Shown in pieces: positions 45,039 through 54,793 of a stretch of 64,000 nt of DNA; positions within the stretch are counted from its first letter, which is position 1; each line of letters opens with the position of its first letter. The DNA lies in the IMG/VR virus record IMGVR_UViG_3300042568_000774; one strand, given 5' to 3'. The notes beneath the pieces are model-generated. The model had not been told where the DNA came from. It did not search any database and saw nothing but the letters and a program-made list of their open reading frames with translations. This DNA comes from a virus (lineage: Duplodnaviria; Heunggongvirae; Uroviricota; Caudoviricetes). The translations under genes and the position numbers were made by a program.

Positions 45039-45788
45039 TTATAGTAAATCAATAATGTCTTTAACAATTTCTGTTTTATTTCTTCTTTTACCATCCTCAT
45101 TGTACACACTTACAATATGTTTGGCAATCTCTTTGTTTTTAACATCCTCTTCTTTAGTTAATGGAACATACTTATTCCAATCATTCTCCATGTCTAATCC
45201 ACCCCAACCTTTCATTTCTTCAGTATCAGGTAAATCTTCCTTATCAAATTTTCCACCTTCACCTTGTTTCATTCTTTGTAACTTATCAATAAGCTCGGTT
45301 TCTTTTTCTTTTGTATGATTGTGGTTTCCACTTTGCAATCCTTGAATGATTTGGTCCATAAATCCTGTCCATCTCTCTGTGTTACCTTTTCTTAATAACT
45401 CCTCCGATTTTTCAGAATCTTGTGATGGCATTAATAAAATTACATTAGGATATTGGGTTAATAATTCTTTAACACCATCATTGTAAACGTGTCCCCCACC
45501 AAAATCTAATATTGATGGCGTATTGTATTTCTCAAAATCTGGTGATAAAACTGATTTTACCAACTCAAACTCTTTTCCCTCACCATAACCAAACTTTTCT
45601 TGTAACTTGTCAAGTATAACATACTCAACCCCAAGTTGTTGGGCAAGTTCTTCAGCTACGGTTGATTTTCCCACTGTTGGTGGCCCAATTAAGATGATTC
45701 TATTTGTTCCGGAATAACCTTTTTGTTCTTGCTCAACAAGTAATCCCATCATCTGTTTGATTCTATTTGTTTGTTCATGTAAGTTCAT
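45039..45788 (-). CDS. N-motif (MNLHEQTNRIKQMMG) fused to a P-loop kinase-like domain
   Basis: ATG at 45788, preceded by TATATTTATTATT. Walker A: RIILIGPPTVGKSTVAEELAQQLGVEYVILD, like shikimate kinase or polynucleotide-kinase-type P-loop kinases. Its stop abuts the downstream ATG (TAAATG). Confidence 0.55.
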   Translation of the reverse strand: MNLHEQTNRIKQMMGLLVEQEQKGYSGTNRIILIGPPTVGKSTVAEELAQQLGVEYVILDKLQEKFGYGEGKEFELVKSVLSPDFEKYNTPSILDFGGGHVYNDGVKELLTQYPNVILLMPSQDSEKSEELLRKGNTERWTGFMDQIIQGLQSGNHNHTKEKETELIDKLQRMKQGEGGKFDKEDLPDTEEMKGWGGLDMENDWNKYVPLTKEEDVKNKEIAKHIVSVYNEDGKRRNKTEIVKDIIDLL

Positions 45789-45855
45789 AATAATAAATAT
45801 AATGTTTGGCGGAATTGTTTTTATTTTATATCTTTGCACTACTAATAATGATAAA

Positions 45856-46224
45856 ATGGACGAACAACTTTACATAACCAAACTTATTCCACACATTAAA
45901 AAGTATCTTAAAAAACACCCTATAACCGGAATGGTTGAAAGGGAAGAGTGGTTTCAATTTAAATATAGAGTTACCGGAGTTACATATAAAGAGGATGACT
46001 ATTCTTGGAAAAGAAGATTTTATGTTAACATTGAAGTGTCTGATAAATATTGGAGTTATCGTTCTGTGTCGGGAACTTACGAATGGCTTAATACAGGATA
46101 CTATTGGTCAGCAAGAAGAAGAAACCAATACATCAGAACTTATGTAGGTGAAAATTTAAAAACAACCATTGATTTATTTTCAATTTGTACAAGAATAGAA
46201 ATTGGAAAAATAAAAATGGTTTAG
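45856..46224 (+). CDS. hypothetical protein (start MDEQLYITKL..., about 123 aa)
   Basis: ATG at 45856. W/Y/R-rich. Confidence 0.45.
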   Translation: MDEQLYITKLIPHIKKYLKKHPITGMVEREEWFQFKYRVTGVTYKEDDYSWKRRFYVNIEVSDKYWSYRSVSGTYEWLNTGYYWSARRRNQYIRTYVGENLKTTIDLFSICTRIEIGKIKMV

Positions 46225-46283
46225 AAGTAATATAACTGAATAAAAATACCCTATAAACCAAAAACTTTTTGTATCTTTGACCT

Positions 46284-46586
46284 ATGAAATTACTTAAATA
46301 CTTAATCATCCGTCTAACAACCAAAGGTTCTGATAATGCCATCAAGGTGTATAATACTTTGTACCCTGCCGCACCGGCAGAGACCAAGTATGTTGAAGTA
46401 CCTAAATATGTACGAGTACCTGAACCACAATCTCCGGTTCAAGTACCCAATTCACCTATGAAACCTGTGGACAAACGAGAAGAACTTGAGGAGTCGTTAT
46501 CTTACTTGAACAACAAGAAAGTTAAAACCAAACAGGACAAAGAATCCATTGAAATCATCAAGTCAATCTTGAAGAATATGAAATAA
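46284..46586 (+). CDS. hypothetical protein (100 aa)
   Basis: ORF. Followed by the TGCCCGT/ACGGGCA hairpin at 46585-46610, with a partial second copy at 46623-46637. Confidence 0.45.
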   Translation: MKLLKYLIIRLTTKGSDNAIKVYNTLYPAAPAETKYVEVPKYVRVPEPQSPVQVPNSPMKPVDKREELEESLSYLNNKKVKTKQDKESIEIIKSILKNMK

Positions 46587-46637
46587 AAAATGCCCGTTAT
46601 TACGGGCATTATATTTGTTTAGAATAACGGGCATTTA
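46585..46637. terminator. terminator hairpin AAAAAATGCCCGTTATTACGGGCATT plus a partial duplicate (AATAACGGGCATTT)
   Basis: 7-bp perfect stem between convergent genes. The right arm is duplicated 20 nt downstream. Confidence 0.65.
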
Positions 46638-47015
46638 TATATAATCGTCAGTTATTTGAGCAACCTCTAATCCTGTATTTTCCTCAAACCATTCCTTGAA
46701 TACGGGTTTCCATCTATTACCAAATAAAGATGTTAGTTCCCCACCAACTTTTGGATATATTAAAAGTAAAGGACATTTATAATTATGTAGATGACCATAA
46801 CCCGCAAAGAATTCATCTTCCGGACCAGCATTTGCATTACACCCATAATAGATATAAGAATCTTGGTCATTAATAAAAAAATTAACATCACCATATTGTT
46901 CAACATCTCTTTGATAAACATCGGGATAAGACCACCCATAATCCGGATAAAAGGTTTCATCCAAATATTTACGTATTATCTGATTAACTCTATTTTCTGA
47001 TATTATTACTTTCAT
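46635..47015 (-). CDS. N-motif family protein, core type (MKVIISENRVNQIIRKYLDETF ... KPVFKEWFEENTGLEVAQI)
   Basis: Both N- and C-terminal family motifs are present. Confidence 0.6.
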   Translation of the reverse strand: MKVIISENRVNQIIRKYLDETFYPDYGWSYPDVYQRDVEQYGDVNFFINDQDSYIYYGCNANAGPEDEFFAGYGHLHNYKCPLLLIYPKVGGELTSLFGNRWKPVFKEWFEENTGLEVAQITDDYI

Positions 47016-47344
47016 TAGTTTAATATAGATTTATTTACATGTTGGACATAGTGAACCGGTAATTCAAAAAAATCTGAAAACCATTCACCAACAATATCTT
47101 TAAGTTGTTTTGGCGTATAACTAAAAAAACTAAGTGGATTGGTAACATCTTCACAAATATACAATATTTTATCAGTATCACCATAAAGCATAATAACACC
47201 ATCACCATTACGATATTCAATACGCTTATGTTCCCCCCTTGAATCTGTCATATAATTCACATCTTCATACATATTGGAGAACGCATTGTCCAATTCTTGT
47301 TTGGCTAATTTATCACGTCTACTTTCAGTTATTATTACTTTCAT
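47015..47344 (-). CDS. N-motif family protein, core type (MKVIITESRRDKLAKQELDN ... IVGEWFSDFFELPVHYV)
   Basis: Family motifs present. ATGA overlap with the upstream gene. Confidence 0.6.
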   Translation of the reverse strand: MKVIITESRRDKLAKQELDNAFSNMYEDVNYMTDSRGEHKRIEYRNGDGVIMLYGDTDKILYICEDVTNPLSFFSYTPKQLKDIVGEWFSDFFELPVHYVQHVNKSILN

Positions 47345-47955
47345 TATTTTATAATTCTAAATCTTAATAATGGTTTTCCGTTAATTAATACATCACCTTT
47401 TTCATTTGTATCAATTGTCTTAACAACAACCTTTTTGTTTTTAAATTTACCCCCCATTAGAGTATCACCAACTTTAATATCTAACTTAATCATTTCACTT
47501 AATGTTAATTCTTCTTCTTCATCATGATGATTCCAAGTATCACCACCTGTTCCTTTGTATATTAATCTAACGGCATCCGCCGGAACATCTTCAAAGGTAA
47601 CAATATGTTTAGTATCTCCACCATCAAAATGAGCATCTTTATACCATTGTACACGAGCTCTTTCAGTATCAATTACCCATATGTCATCATCATAAGTTGA
47701 ATCAAACATATCTTTTTTCTTAATACTATCTGTCGCAAATACCGCAGGAACACATTCTTCATCTTCCCCGTAATTACTATCGGCATAAATTAAATAACAT
47801 TCCCCCAAAGATACTTGAAGACCTGTAGTTGAAATATTCTCTCTATTTGAAGGATTGGATGAATGAACAACATATCTTCCGGGAGTAATTTCTTCACCCT
47901 TCACACGTTGTTCTTGTAGTTTTTTATATTGTGATTCTGTTATTATTAATTTCAT
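47344..47955 (-). CDS. N-motif family protein (MKLIITESQYKKLQEQ..., about 203 aa)
   Basis: ATG at 47955. ATGA overlap with the upstream gene. Confidence 0.55.
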   Translation of the reverse strand: MKLIITESQYKKLQEQRVKGEEITPGRYVVHSSNPSNRENISTTGLQVSLGECYLIYADSNYGEDEECVPAVFATDSIKKKDMFDSTYDDDIWVIDTERARVQWYKDAHFDGGDTKHIVTFEDVPADAVRLIYKGTGGDTWNHHDEEEELTLSEMIKLDIKVGDTLMGGKFKNKKVVVKTIDTNEKGDVLINGKPLLRFRIIK

Positions 47956-47956
47956 A

Positions 47957-48262
47957 TTACGATTCAACATATTTTACTTTAACCCCAAATTTATCTTCAA
48001 ACCAATCTCTAATAAATGGTTGGGCATCATCTTCATTTGGAAAGTATGTTAATCCAAAATCTTTCACAAAGTTGGAATCAATATATAATCTAAAATCTTC
48101 AAAGTCATATTCCATCATAACATCAGACAATTCATAATCATCCGCATTATCAGGGTAATACAATATTATAAAATTATCAACATCAGCATAATCATACTTC
48201 ATTGTATTCAGATAATTTAATTGTATATCCCGGAGTTTATTTTCTGTTACAATTACTTTCAT
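47957..48262 (-). CDS. N-motif family protein, core type (MKVIVTENKLRDIQLNYLN ... FIRDWFEDKFGVKVKYVES)
   Basis: Both family motifs present. Confidence 0.6.
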   Translation of the reverse strand: MKVIVTENKLRDIQLNYLNTMKYDYADVDNFIILYYPDNADDYELSDVMMEYDFEDFRLYIDSNFVKDFGLTYFPNEDDAQPFIRDWFEDKFGVKVKYVES

Positions 48263-48570
48263 TAGTCCCTTACCATTTTAACTTCCATACCCCAATCTGA
48301 GCCATATTTATCAATATCAAAACCAAACATTGAATTAATATCATTTCTTATTTGTCTTCCCACATAACTTGGACTGTGAGTCATCTTACCATCAATGAAG
48401 TCAATGTTTACTATATTTCTAACAATATCATTCTCACCCTTACTATTTGGTTCACTTGCTAACCTAATTTTTTTTGTTGTAAAAAATACCCTTTTAACCA
48501 TAGGATATCCATTAAGAATATACTTCTCAATTGAACTATTTAACTTATTTTCAGTAATTATTACTTTCAT
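48262..48570 (-). CDS. N-motif family protein, core type (MKVIITENKLNSSIEKYILNGYP...)
   Basis: Family N-motif. ATGA overlap. Confidence 0.6.
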   Translation of the reverse strand: MKVIITENKLNSSIEKYILNGYPMVKRVFFTTKKIRLASEPNSKGENDIVRNIVNIDFIDGKMTHSPSYVGRQIRNDINSMFGFDIDKYGSDWGMEVKMVRD

Positions 48571-49169
48571 TAGTTTCTGTTTCCAATATTATTTAATCTT
48601 GAGTTATAAACACTTCTGTATGTACTTTTTAGCCTATCACTTGAAAATCCTTCTATTTCAGTTCGTCTATATGCCGTCTCCTTATCTAAATAATCAATCA
48701 TTTCTTCTCTACTTAACTTATCAGTATCAATCATCTGATAACATTTACGATTAGAATCTGTTTCAAACGACTCAAAAATCTCAAATTCAGGATGATTAAC
48801 TTCCTGACCAAACTTGCTAGCATAATTATCATCATACCATTCAGTTATTACATTAAGTATATAAGCTTTCCTTACCTGTAAAACATTTGATAAAAAATCA
48901 ATCTCTTTATCATTAACATATAAATCACCTGAAAAAAATTCATCGGTTTCATCATCTATATGATATCTAGCCTCAATTACAACATTACCTCCTTTACACC
49001 ATTCTTCATTGAAAATACCATAATTCTCATCAAGTGGTGGAATAATTCGGGTAGTTTGAGACATCAATTTATCCATGTGTCGGATAATTGTTTTCTCAAT
49101 GTTTGGATTAGATTTTGTATATCTTCTACTAACTTCCTCTCGTAATATTTTTCTAATTAAATCTTTCAT
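48570..49169 (-). CDS. N-motif family-related protein (MKDLIRKILREEVSRRY..., about 199 aa)
   Basis: ATG at 49169, preceded by GATATTTATATTG. The ORF-track extension is upstream sequence. Confidence 0.5.
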   Translation of the reverse strand: MKDLIRKILREEVSRRYTKSNPNIEKTIIRHMDKLMSQTTRIIPPLDENYGIFNEEWCKGGNVVIEARYHIDDETDEFFSGDLYVNDKEIDFLSNVLQVRKAYILNVITEWYDDNYASKFGQEVNHPEFEIFESFETDSNRKCYQMIDTDKLSREEMIDYLDKETAYRRTEIEGFSSDRLKSTYRSVYNSRLNNIGNRN

Positions 49170-49192
49170 ACAATATAAATATCCCATAAATT

Positions 49193-49225
49193 AAAAACCC
49201 CCACTGTTAAGTGAGGGTTTATTTT
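49193..49225. terminator. terminator AAAAACCCCCACTGTTAAGTGAGGGTTTATTTT
   Basis: CCCCCACT/AGTGAGGG imperfect stem. Confidence 0.65.
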
Positions 49226-49580
49226 ATAATACCTCGGTTAGTATTCTCCATTCTTTTAATGTGTTACCATCAAAGGTCGCCTCAATTGGTTTACCTTTTA
49301 ATTTCTCCACAGAATCAACCTTAGCATCTCTCAGTAACTTTGAAACATATCTCATAATTTCAGCATACCAAACATCTCTGTCCGACTCTGACCACTTAGA
49401 ATGTTCTGAACAACTAATCATCTCAGCATCCCACTGAGCCCTTGAATCACCAACACCCCAACTTCCATTACCTAATGTAACGTGAATACCTAACATTGCA
49501 TCTTGATATCCACCAACCCCAAACTTTACCGCTTCAATTTTCCCTAATTTTTTTTCCATTACTCTACAGATTTTTGACAA
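49224..49580 (-). CDS. hypothetical protein (118 aa)
   Basis: ORF. Confidence 0.45.
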   Translation of the reverse strand: MSKICRVMEKKLGKIEAVKFGVGGYQDAMLGIHVTLGNGSWGVGDSRAQWDAEMISCSEHSKWSESDRDVWYAEIMRYVSKLLRDAKVDSVEKLKGKPIEATFDGNTLKEWRILTEVL

Positions 49581-49620
49581 ATGTAAGCATAAAAAAAGGA
49601 ACTAACAAATAGTTCCTCAT

Positions 49621-49992
49621 TTATTTTTTATTAAATTCCTCGTCACTTCTATACTTTAGATTTCGGATTTCACCATAATTTCTTTTGCTAAATCTATCAG
49701 AATACACTTTAAAAATTTGTTTAATTAAATCATCTTTAATTAAATCATATACGTTATGTGAACCAACCATATTACTAATCAAATCATAAAACTTCTCATC
49801 ATTTACCACGGCTAAATTAATCTCAGGGTAATATCTTGAAATAACATTTTGTCTCGTACCAGGTGTTAAAAATTCTATATAAAATTTATCAATACTTCTT
49901 GATTGAAAAGAATCATACTTATCAATGTTAAGCCCATCAAAGACAAAATCCTTTAATAAATTTAATTTATCCTCACTAATTTTAATTTTCAT
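49621..49992 (-). CDS. N-motif family protein (MKIKISEDKLNLLKDFVFDG...)
   Basis: N-motif variant. A TATATTTATAGAT box lies upstream of the ATG. Confidence 0.55.
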   Translation of the reverse strand: MKIKISEDKLNLLKDFVFDGLNIDKYDSFQSRSIDKFYIEFLTPGTRQNVISRYYPEINLAVVNDEKFYDLISNMVGSHNVYDLIKDDLIKQIFKVYSDRFSKRNYGEIRNLKYRSDEEFNKK

Positions 49993-50411
49993 ATCTATAA
50001 ATATAACACGAGGGTAATTATTTCTATTTTTTACTCTTAAAAATAAAACGAGAGTAAATATTTTAATTTTTTACTCTCGTTCATATTACTTATTTTCTTT
50101 TTTTATTAGTTCTTTAACAAAACTTTGAAGTTCAAGTAATTCAGGGTCAGTTTCAAATAAATAACGAGTTTTCATATCATAGTAGTTCTCTCGGATATCT
50201 GATATACACCATCCAAGAAACACAAACCATAATTTAATCCTTATTTTTATTTTTTTTAACATCTTTAATATAATCTTTGATTGAATCAACTATTACAATT
50301 ACACACATAATTGCAACAATTGAAAACATAAAATATCCGGGTTCTACGGGGTCTTGAGGGTACATTTTTAAGTAATTTACAATAAATACTTTAATTAATG
50401 TAAATATTTTT

Positions 50412-50882
50412 TTATTTTATTAAATTAATAACTATAAAAGTTGCAATTATTCCAAAAATTAACCCAATTGTAAATGCTTTAATTGAATAATCTGATTTAA
50501 CTGGTTCTTCAACTACCTCAACAGGTTTTGGTTTGTTGTATTTCTTTCTGTAGTATGGTTTTTTCTTTTTAACCGGTTTGTCCTCAGTCGCACCCAATAC
50601 AGATTCTTTAACTATCACAGGTTTTGTTTTGATAACTTTTTCAGGGTTTACGATTACTCTTTTTTCTTTGTCGAATAATTCTTGTTCGACGTGTTCGCTT
50701 AATTTTCTTGAACTCATTTCGTTTGTTTTTTTGATTAATGTTAATGGTGGTGAAGGGATGAACTTACTTCCACCTTTGGATGGTTTTAAGAAACTCCAAT
50801 AATTCTTTTGGAAGTTGACTAATTGTTCCCGGTATTCATCCATTGATTGTCCGGGATATGGGACAGGTAATAACTTACCCAT
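50412..50882 (-). CDS. K/P-rich protein with a C-terminal TM anchor (156 aa)
   Basis: C-terminus AFTIGLIFGIIATFIVINLIK. Confidence 0.45.
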   Translation of the reverse strand: MGKLLPVPYPGQSMDEYREQLVNFQKNYWSFLKPSKGGSKFIPSPPLTLIKKTNEMSSRKLSEHVEQELFDKEKRVIVNPEKVIKTKPVIVKESVLGATEDKPVKKKKPYYRKKYNKPKPVEVVEEPVKSDYSIKAFTIGLIFGIIATFIVINLIK

Positions 50883-51088
50883 TAATATTCTGATTTACTT
50901 GTATCAATTACAAGAAAAGCTATTGCCGGGATGGCAAACATCACATTAACAGAAAACATTAAAATAATACAACCTATAGATAAAAGGTCGTATTTGTTCT
51001 TGACTATAAATTTTTTAAAATTATCCATAGCACAAAGATAAATAAAAAACCCCAAGAATTCAACTCTTGAGGTTATTTTTTTTAACAT
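50882..51088 (-). CDS. small membrane protein (68 aa)
   Basis: Two hydrophobic segments. Confidence 0.35.
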   Translation of the reverse strand: MLKKITSRVEFLGFFIYLCAMDNFKKFIVKNKYDLLSIGCIILMFSVNVMFAIPAIAFLVIDTSKSEY

Positions 51089-51285
51089 TTACAAATTCCG
51101 TCCCCACCTTTGGAAGGGTTACAGACACATTCCTGCTTTGGTTTACCTGTAATCAGTGTATAGTCAGGGAATAAAGTCATCAATGATTTAATCTCATCAA
51201 CTTTTCCGGCACTATCAATAATTGTAATAGTTTTGTTTTCTGTATTGATTTTATATTCCATAATTTTACCTATTAAACCAACCAT
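51082..51285 (-). CDS. small Cys-containing protein (67 aa)
   Basis: ORF. C-terminus ECVCNPSKGGDGICKC. Confidence 0.35.
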   Translation of the reverse strand: MVGLIGKIMEYKINTENKTITIIDSAGKVDEIKSLMTLFPDYTLITGKPKQECVCNPSKGGDGICKC

Positions 51286-51420
51286 CTATAACTCCACTCT
51301 TAATATCAGGGTAGTATTTAAGTAAGAACGCAACCACTAATATAGTTAATAGAGGTTTCCAATGTTTTTTACCAAATGTTTTTAAATCTTTAATAAATTC
51401 TTTCATCTTTGTTTTTTTAT

Positions 51421-52140
51421 TTATTTTTTATGGAATTCAATAATATCCCACTTACCTTTTTTTGTTTCAACAAGTGCGGTACAGTTCTCACACCAATCCC
51501 CACTATTCATATAATTATCTTTTAACTCCGGCTGATGAATGTGTCCACATACGGCAACATCACATCCTTTTTTGTAAGTTAATAGTATTGCGTTATGTTC
51601 AAAATCATTAATAAAGTTAACGGCTTTCTTAACACCATTCTTAATATCTTTGGAGATGGAATAATAAGGTAACCCTCTCATCTCACGATATTTGTTATAA
51701 ACTCTATTCATCCATAATGCTAAGTCATAACCTATTGAACCAATGTGAGCCAACCATTTTGCTTTGGTGATGAATACATCCAAAACATCTCCGTGAAACA
51801 CATACATCTTACGACCATCTATGGATGTGAAGGTATAATCCTCAGTGATTGTTAGATTGGATAATTGAAATGGAATAAAATCTTTCAGGAACTCATCGTG
51901 ATTTCCTCTGAGCCAAATAACATTCACACCTTTCTCACTCATCTTCATTATCTTTCTCAATACTTTGGTATGACTTTCCTTCCATTTCCCACCTCTTTTA
52001 AGAGCCCAACCATCAACGATATCCCCATTCAAAATTAAGGTCTCTGTGGTGTTTTTTTCAAGAAATTCTATAACATCGTTGGCTCTACTTGATTTAGAAC
52101 CCAAGTGAATGTCTGATAGAATTATTGTTTTGTATTTCAT
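51421..52140 (-). CDS. calcineurin-like metallophosphoesterase (LpxH/YbbF-like)
   Basis: ILSDIHLG ... LILNGDIVDGW ... WLRGNHDEF motifs. Its ATG overlaps the GT2 stop by 1 nt (TAATG). Confidence 0.75.
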   Translation of the reverse strand: MKYKTIILSDIHLGSKSSRANDVIEFLEKNTTETLILNGDIVDGWALKRGGKWKESHTKVLRKIMKMSEKGVNVIWLRGNHDEFLKDFIPFQLSNLTITEDYTFTSIDGRKMYVFHGDVLDVFITKAKWLAHIGSIGYDLALWMNRVYNKYREMRGLPYYSISKDIKNGVKKAVNFINDFEHNAILLTYKKGCDVAVCGHIHQPELKDNYMNSGDWCENCTALVETKKGKWDIIEFHKK

Positions 52141-52850
52141 TATGTCCAGTAATTATGTTCCTTTGTGAAGAACTCATCGTTGTTTCTATTAACCCAAGAT
52201 TTAATCATCATCTTAACCATATAGAATAAACCTTTGTTCTTGAATCGTCTTGATGTGGTATAAACAATTTTGTCCGCCACATAAAACTTATTTGGTTTTA
52301 TCTTTGAACTTAAATGATAATCCTCAGCAAACTTGTCATCCGAATTAAATCCTCCCAATGAATTGAATGCCTCTAAATTAAATAACATAAATCCTCCGAC
52401 CGCAAAGGGTGTAGAAAATTTGGTCAGGTATTGGATAACATCAAATGATTGATACACATAATTGTATTGACCATCGTCAGTTCTCATTTTAGTTGTGGAT
52501 AAATGATAATCATTTTTTTTCATTTGTTCAACAATTTCTTTCAATAAACTAAATTCCTTAATGAAAATATCTGCATCCAAAAATAAAACATAAGGTGTCT
52601 TTATTTTTTTGGTTCCGTTGTTTCTGGCTTCAGCGGGAAATCCTCCCTTAACTATCTTTATATTAATATTATTATGAAATGAATTAAGGATACATTTTTG
52701 TGTGAATCCATCGTCCGTTGAAGAATCGGCAACCATTACATTCACACCTTTGATATTGCTTTGCAAGTTTATTAACTCCAAAGTTTTCTTTATGATTAAC
52801 CCCTCGTTTTTACAGGGTATTACTATTGTTAAATCTTTACTTAAACTCAT
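52140..52850 (-). CDS. family 2 glycosyltransferase
   Basis: LTIVIPCKNEG ... VMVADSSTDDG ... VLFLDADIFI (DxD). The likely ATG is at 52850 (MSLSKDL), preceded by GTATATTTATAGGT. The ORF-track start at 52904 is probably upstream sequence. Confidence 0.7.
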   Translation of the reverse strand: MSLSKDLTIVIPCKNEGLIIKKTLELINLQSNIKGVNVMVADSSTDDGFTQKCILNSFHNNINIKIVKGGFPAEARNNGTKKIKTPYVLFLDADIFIKEFSLLKEIVEQMKKNDYHLSTTKMRTDDGQYNYVYQSFDVIQYLTKFSTPFAVGGFMLFNLEAFNSLGGFNSDDKFAEDYHLSSKIKPNKFYVADKIVYTTSRRFKNKGLFYMVKMMIKSWVNRNNDEFFTKEHNYWT

Positions 52851-52909
52851 ACCTATAAATATACCGGAAGTAAATTTTTGGTATGGATATTTATTGTTAA
52901 ACATTACTT

Positions 52910-53500
52910 ATGAAAAACATTCTATTATTACTACTTACCCTAATCACATTCACATCATTCTCACAAAAAGTATTACGAGATAGTATTGTGGTTAAAACAC
53001 CAATATTTGAGATTGTATATTCAGAGAAATTGGAACAACCTAAATTTATTCGTTATACCGTTCAGTGTCCAAATGGAACTGCGTCAAGAGCCGGAATGGA
53101 CTTCTATGTGTGTGATTCAATTAAAACATCCGATAATGGTGACTACGAGAAAAACCCTTACGATAAAGGTCATCTTGCACCTGCTGCCGACTTTAATTGT
53201 GATAAACAAACTCTTCATAAAACATTCACTTATCTGAATTGCTCACTACAACAAGAAAACCTTAACAGAACTACTTGGAGATTACTTGAGGTAAGAGAAC
53301 GAGAACTAGCAAAAATAAATAAAGTAGTTGTTGTTGAAATCAGATGTATTTTCGGACCAAAATCAATTAAACTTCCATCCGGAGCAACCGTTCCAACCGC
53401 TTATAGAAAAACAATTAAGTATGATGGAAAGACAGAAGTATATTACTTCAAAAATGAAAAACCATTATCAACCGACTTCACAAAGTATAAAGTAAAATAA
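52910..53500 (+). CDS. secreted DNA/RNA non-specific endonuclease (Endonuclease_NS family)
   Basis: Signal peptide MKNILLLLLTLITFTSFSQ. DKGHLAPAADF (RGH-type active-site motif) and NCSLQQENLNRTTWRLLE (N..PQ..N...W) match the Serratia-nuclease-type family. Confidence 0.7.
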   Translation: MKNILLLLLTLITFTSFSQKVLRDSIVVKTPIFEIVYSEKLEQPKFIRYTVQCPNGTASRAGMDFYVCDSIKTSDNGDYEKNPYDKGHLAPAADFNCDKQTLHKTFTYLNCSLQQENLNRTTWRLLEVRERELAKINKVVVVEIRCIFGPKSIKLPSGATVPTAYRKTIKYDGKTEVYYFKNEKPLSTDFTKYKVK

Positions 53501-53530
53501 AAAAACCCTCCGATGTGGAGGGTTTTGTTT
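53499..53530. terminator. bidirectional terminator AAAAAAACCCTCCGATGTGGAGGGTTTTGTTTT
   Basis: CCCTCC/GGAGGG stem. Confidence 0.75.
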
Positions 53531-53884
53531 TTATAATCCTAATTTTTCTCTTTTTGTTTTAACATTATTCACACCTAACTCTGCGTATAGTTTTTGAATC
53601 TCACCATACGACTTATACCATCTTGGTATTGCTCCAACATCTTTAATATAATACCCCATTAAACAAGTACTTAAACTTGAAGAAATATATGGGTTACCAC
53701 TTGAACATAACATACAACCCGGTTTAGCACCGTCCAATAGATATGGGTCACTCTTTCTAACTTTCTCAATGAACTCTAAAACATCTTCGTCTTTTGGGGG
53801 AAATCCTGTTACAGATAGATTAACACCTTCATACGCCGCAAAGGATACAAAACCAACAATCAAAAATAATACTAATACTATCAT
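53531..53884 (-). CDS. membrane-anchored hypothetical protein (117 aa)
   Basis: N-terminal TM helix MIVLVLFLIVGFVSFAA. Confidence 0.45.
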   Translation of the reverse strand: MIVLVLFLIVGFVSFAAYEGVNLSVTGFPPKDEDVLEFIEKVRKSDPYLLDGAKPGCMLCSSGNPYISSSLSTCLMGYYIKDVGAIPRWYKSYGEIQKLYAELGVNNVKTKREKLGL

Positions 53885-53893
53885 AACTTTATC

Positions 53894-54730
53894 TTATTTT
53901 AATCCGTACAACACTTGTGTGTTAGTTCCTAATTGTGTAGTTGGTACTTGACCTTTCCATTTCTCAATCCATTGTTGTTGTAACAACATAGGTGTTAATG
54001 TTTGTTGTCTTAATCTGTTAGATTCCGCCTCAGCTCTTGCGTTTGCCAATAATGCCTCAGCGTTACCATTAGCCGTCGCCACCTTAATTTTTGCCTCAGC
54101 TTCAGCCTGTTTTACTTTGTTCTCAGCCATCAATGCCGATTGTACCGCGTTGTTCTTAGCGTTAATCGCTTTCTTGAATGAATCCGGATATACTAAATTA
54201 GATGTAAACTGATTGATTACGAACCCTTCTTTTAGTAATTGACCTTCTAACAATCGTCTAACTTCAACTTCAAACACTTCTCTATTCCCAATTAACCCAT
54301 CAGCAGTATACTTATTAGTGGCCAAACGGAATGCGTCATACACAGCTGTCTTTAAGAATCCTTCCTCAATTTCTTCTAAACTTCTTCTGTATTTAGCAAA
54401 TATTCCCGGAACTTTCTCTCTCTGTACTGAATAGTTCATAATTGGAGAAACGCTAAATTCCGAACCATCCTTACTATTCACCACAAATGAATTATCATCT
54501 TTGTATTCTTTGTGTTGGATAAACGTTGGAAACTCATAAATCTTTGTAGTAATAGGATTATAAAATACTACACCCGTACACTCGGTGACATCATTCACCC
54601 CTTTACCACTTCCGTACATATCAACTTTGACACCTACGTGACCCGCATCAATTCTCTCACAAGAATTTACCAAGAATAAACTTGCGAACACTAACCCTAA
54701 TAACACTAAAATAATTTTACCTCTACTCAT
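53894..54730 (-). CDS. SPFH/band-7 (prohibitin/HflK-like) domain protein
   Basis: N-terminal TM helix, an SPFH-like core (…YPDSFKKAINAKNNAVQSALMAENKVKQAEAEAKIKVATANGNAEALLANARAEAE…) and a C-terminal coiled-coil, typical of the family. Confidence 0.65.
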   Translation of the reverse strand: MSRGKIILVLLGLVFASLFLVNSCERIDAGHVGVKVDMYGSGKGVNDVTECTGVVFYNPITTKIYEFPTFIQHKEYKDDNSFVVNSKDGSEFSVSPIMNYSVQREKVPGIFAKYRRSLEEIEEGFLKTAVYDAFRLATNKYTADGLIGNREVFEVEVRRLLEGQLLKEGFVINQFTSNLVYPDSFKKAINAKNNAVQSALMAENKVKQAEAEAKIKVATANGNAEALLANARAEAESNRLRQQTLTPMLLQQQWIEKWKGQVPTTQLGTNTQVLYGLK

Positions 54731-54793
54731 TTTTTTTACTTTTTTAAATTTTTAATTGGATACAAAGATAATACTTTGTTTAATATATCCAAA

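Noticed and set aside
52850-52904. ORF-track N-terminal extensions of the GT2 gene (to 52904), the family genes 36285..36629, 48570..49187, 32640..33734 and 45039..45839, and thyA (TTG at 19436)
   Set aside because: These extensions lack the upstream TATATTTAT box, which instead sits right before an internal ATG. They also read through intergenic terminators or repeats. The longest-ORF starts were judged to be artefacts.
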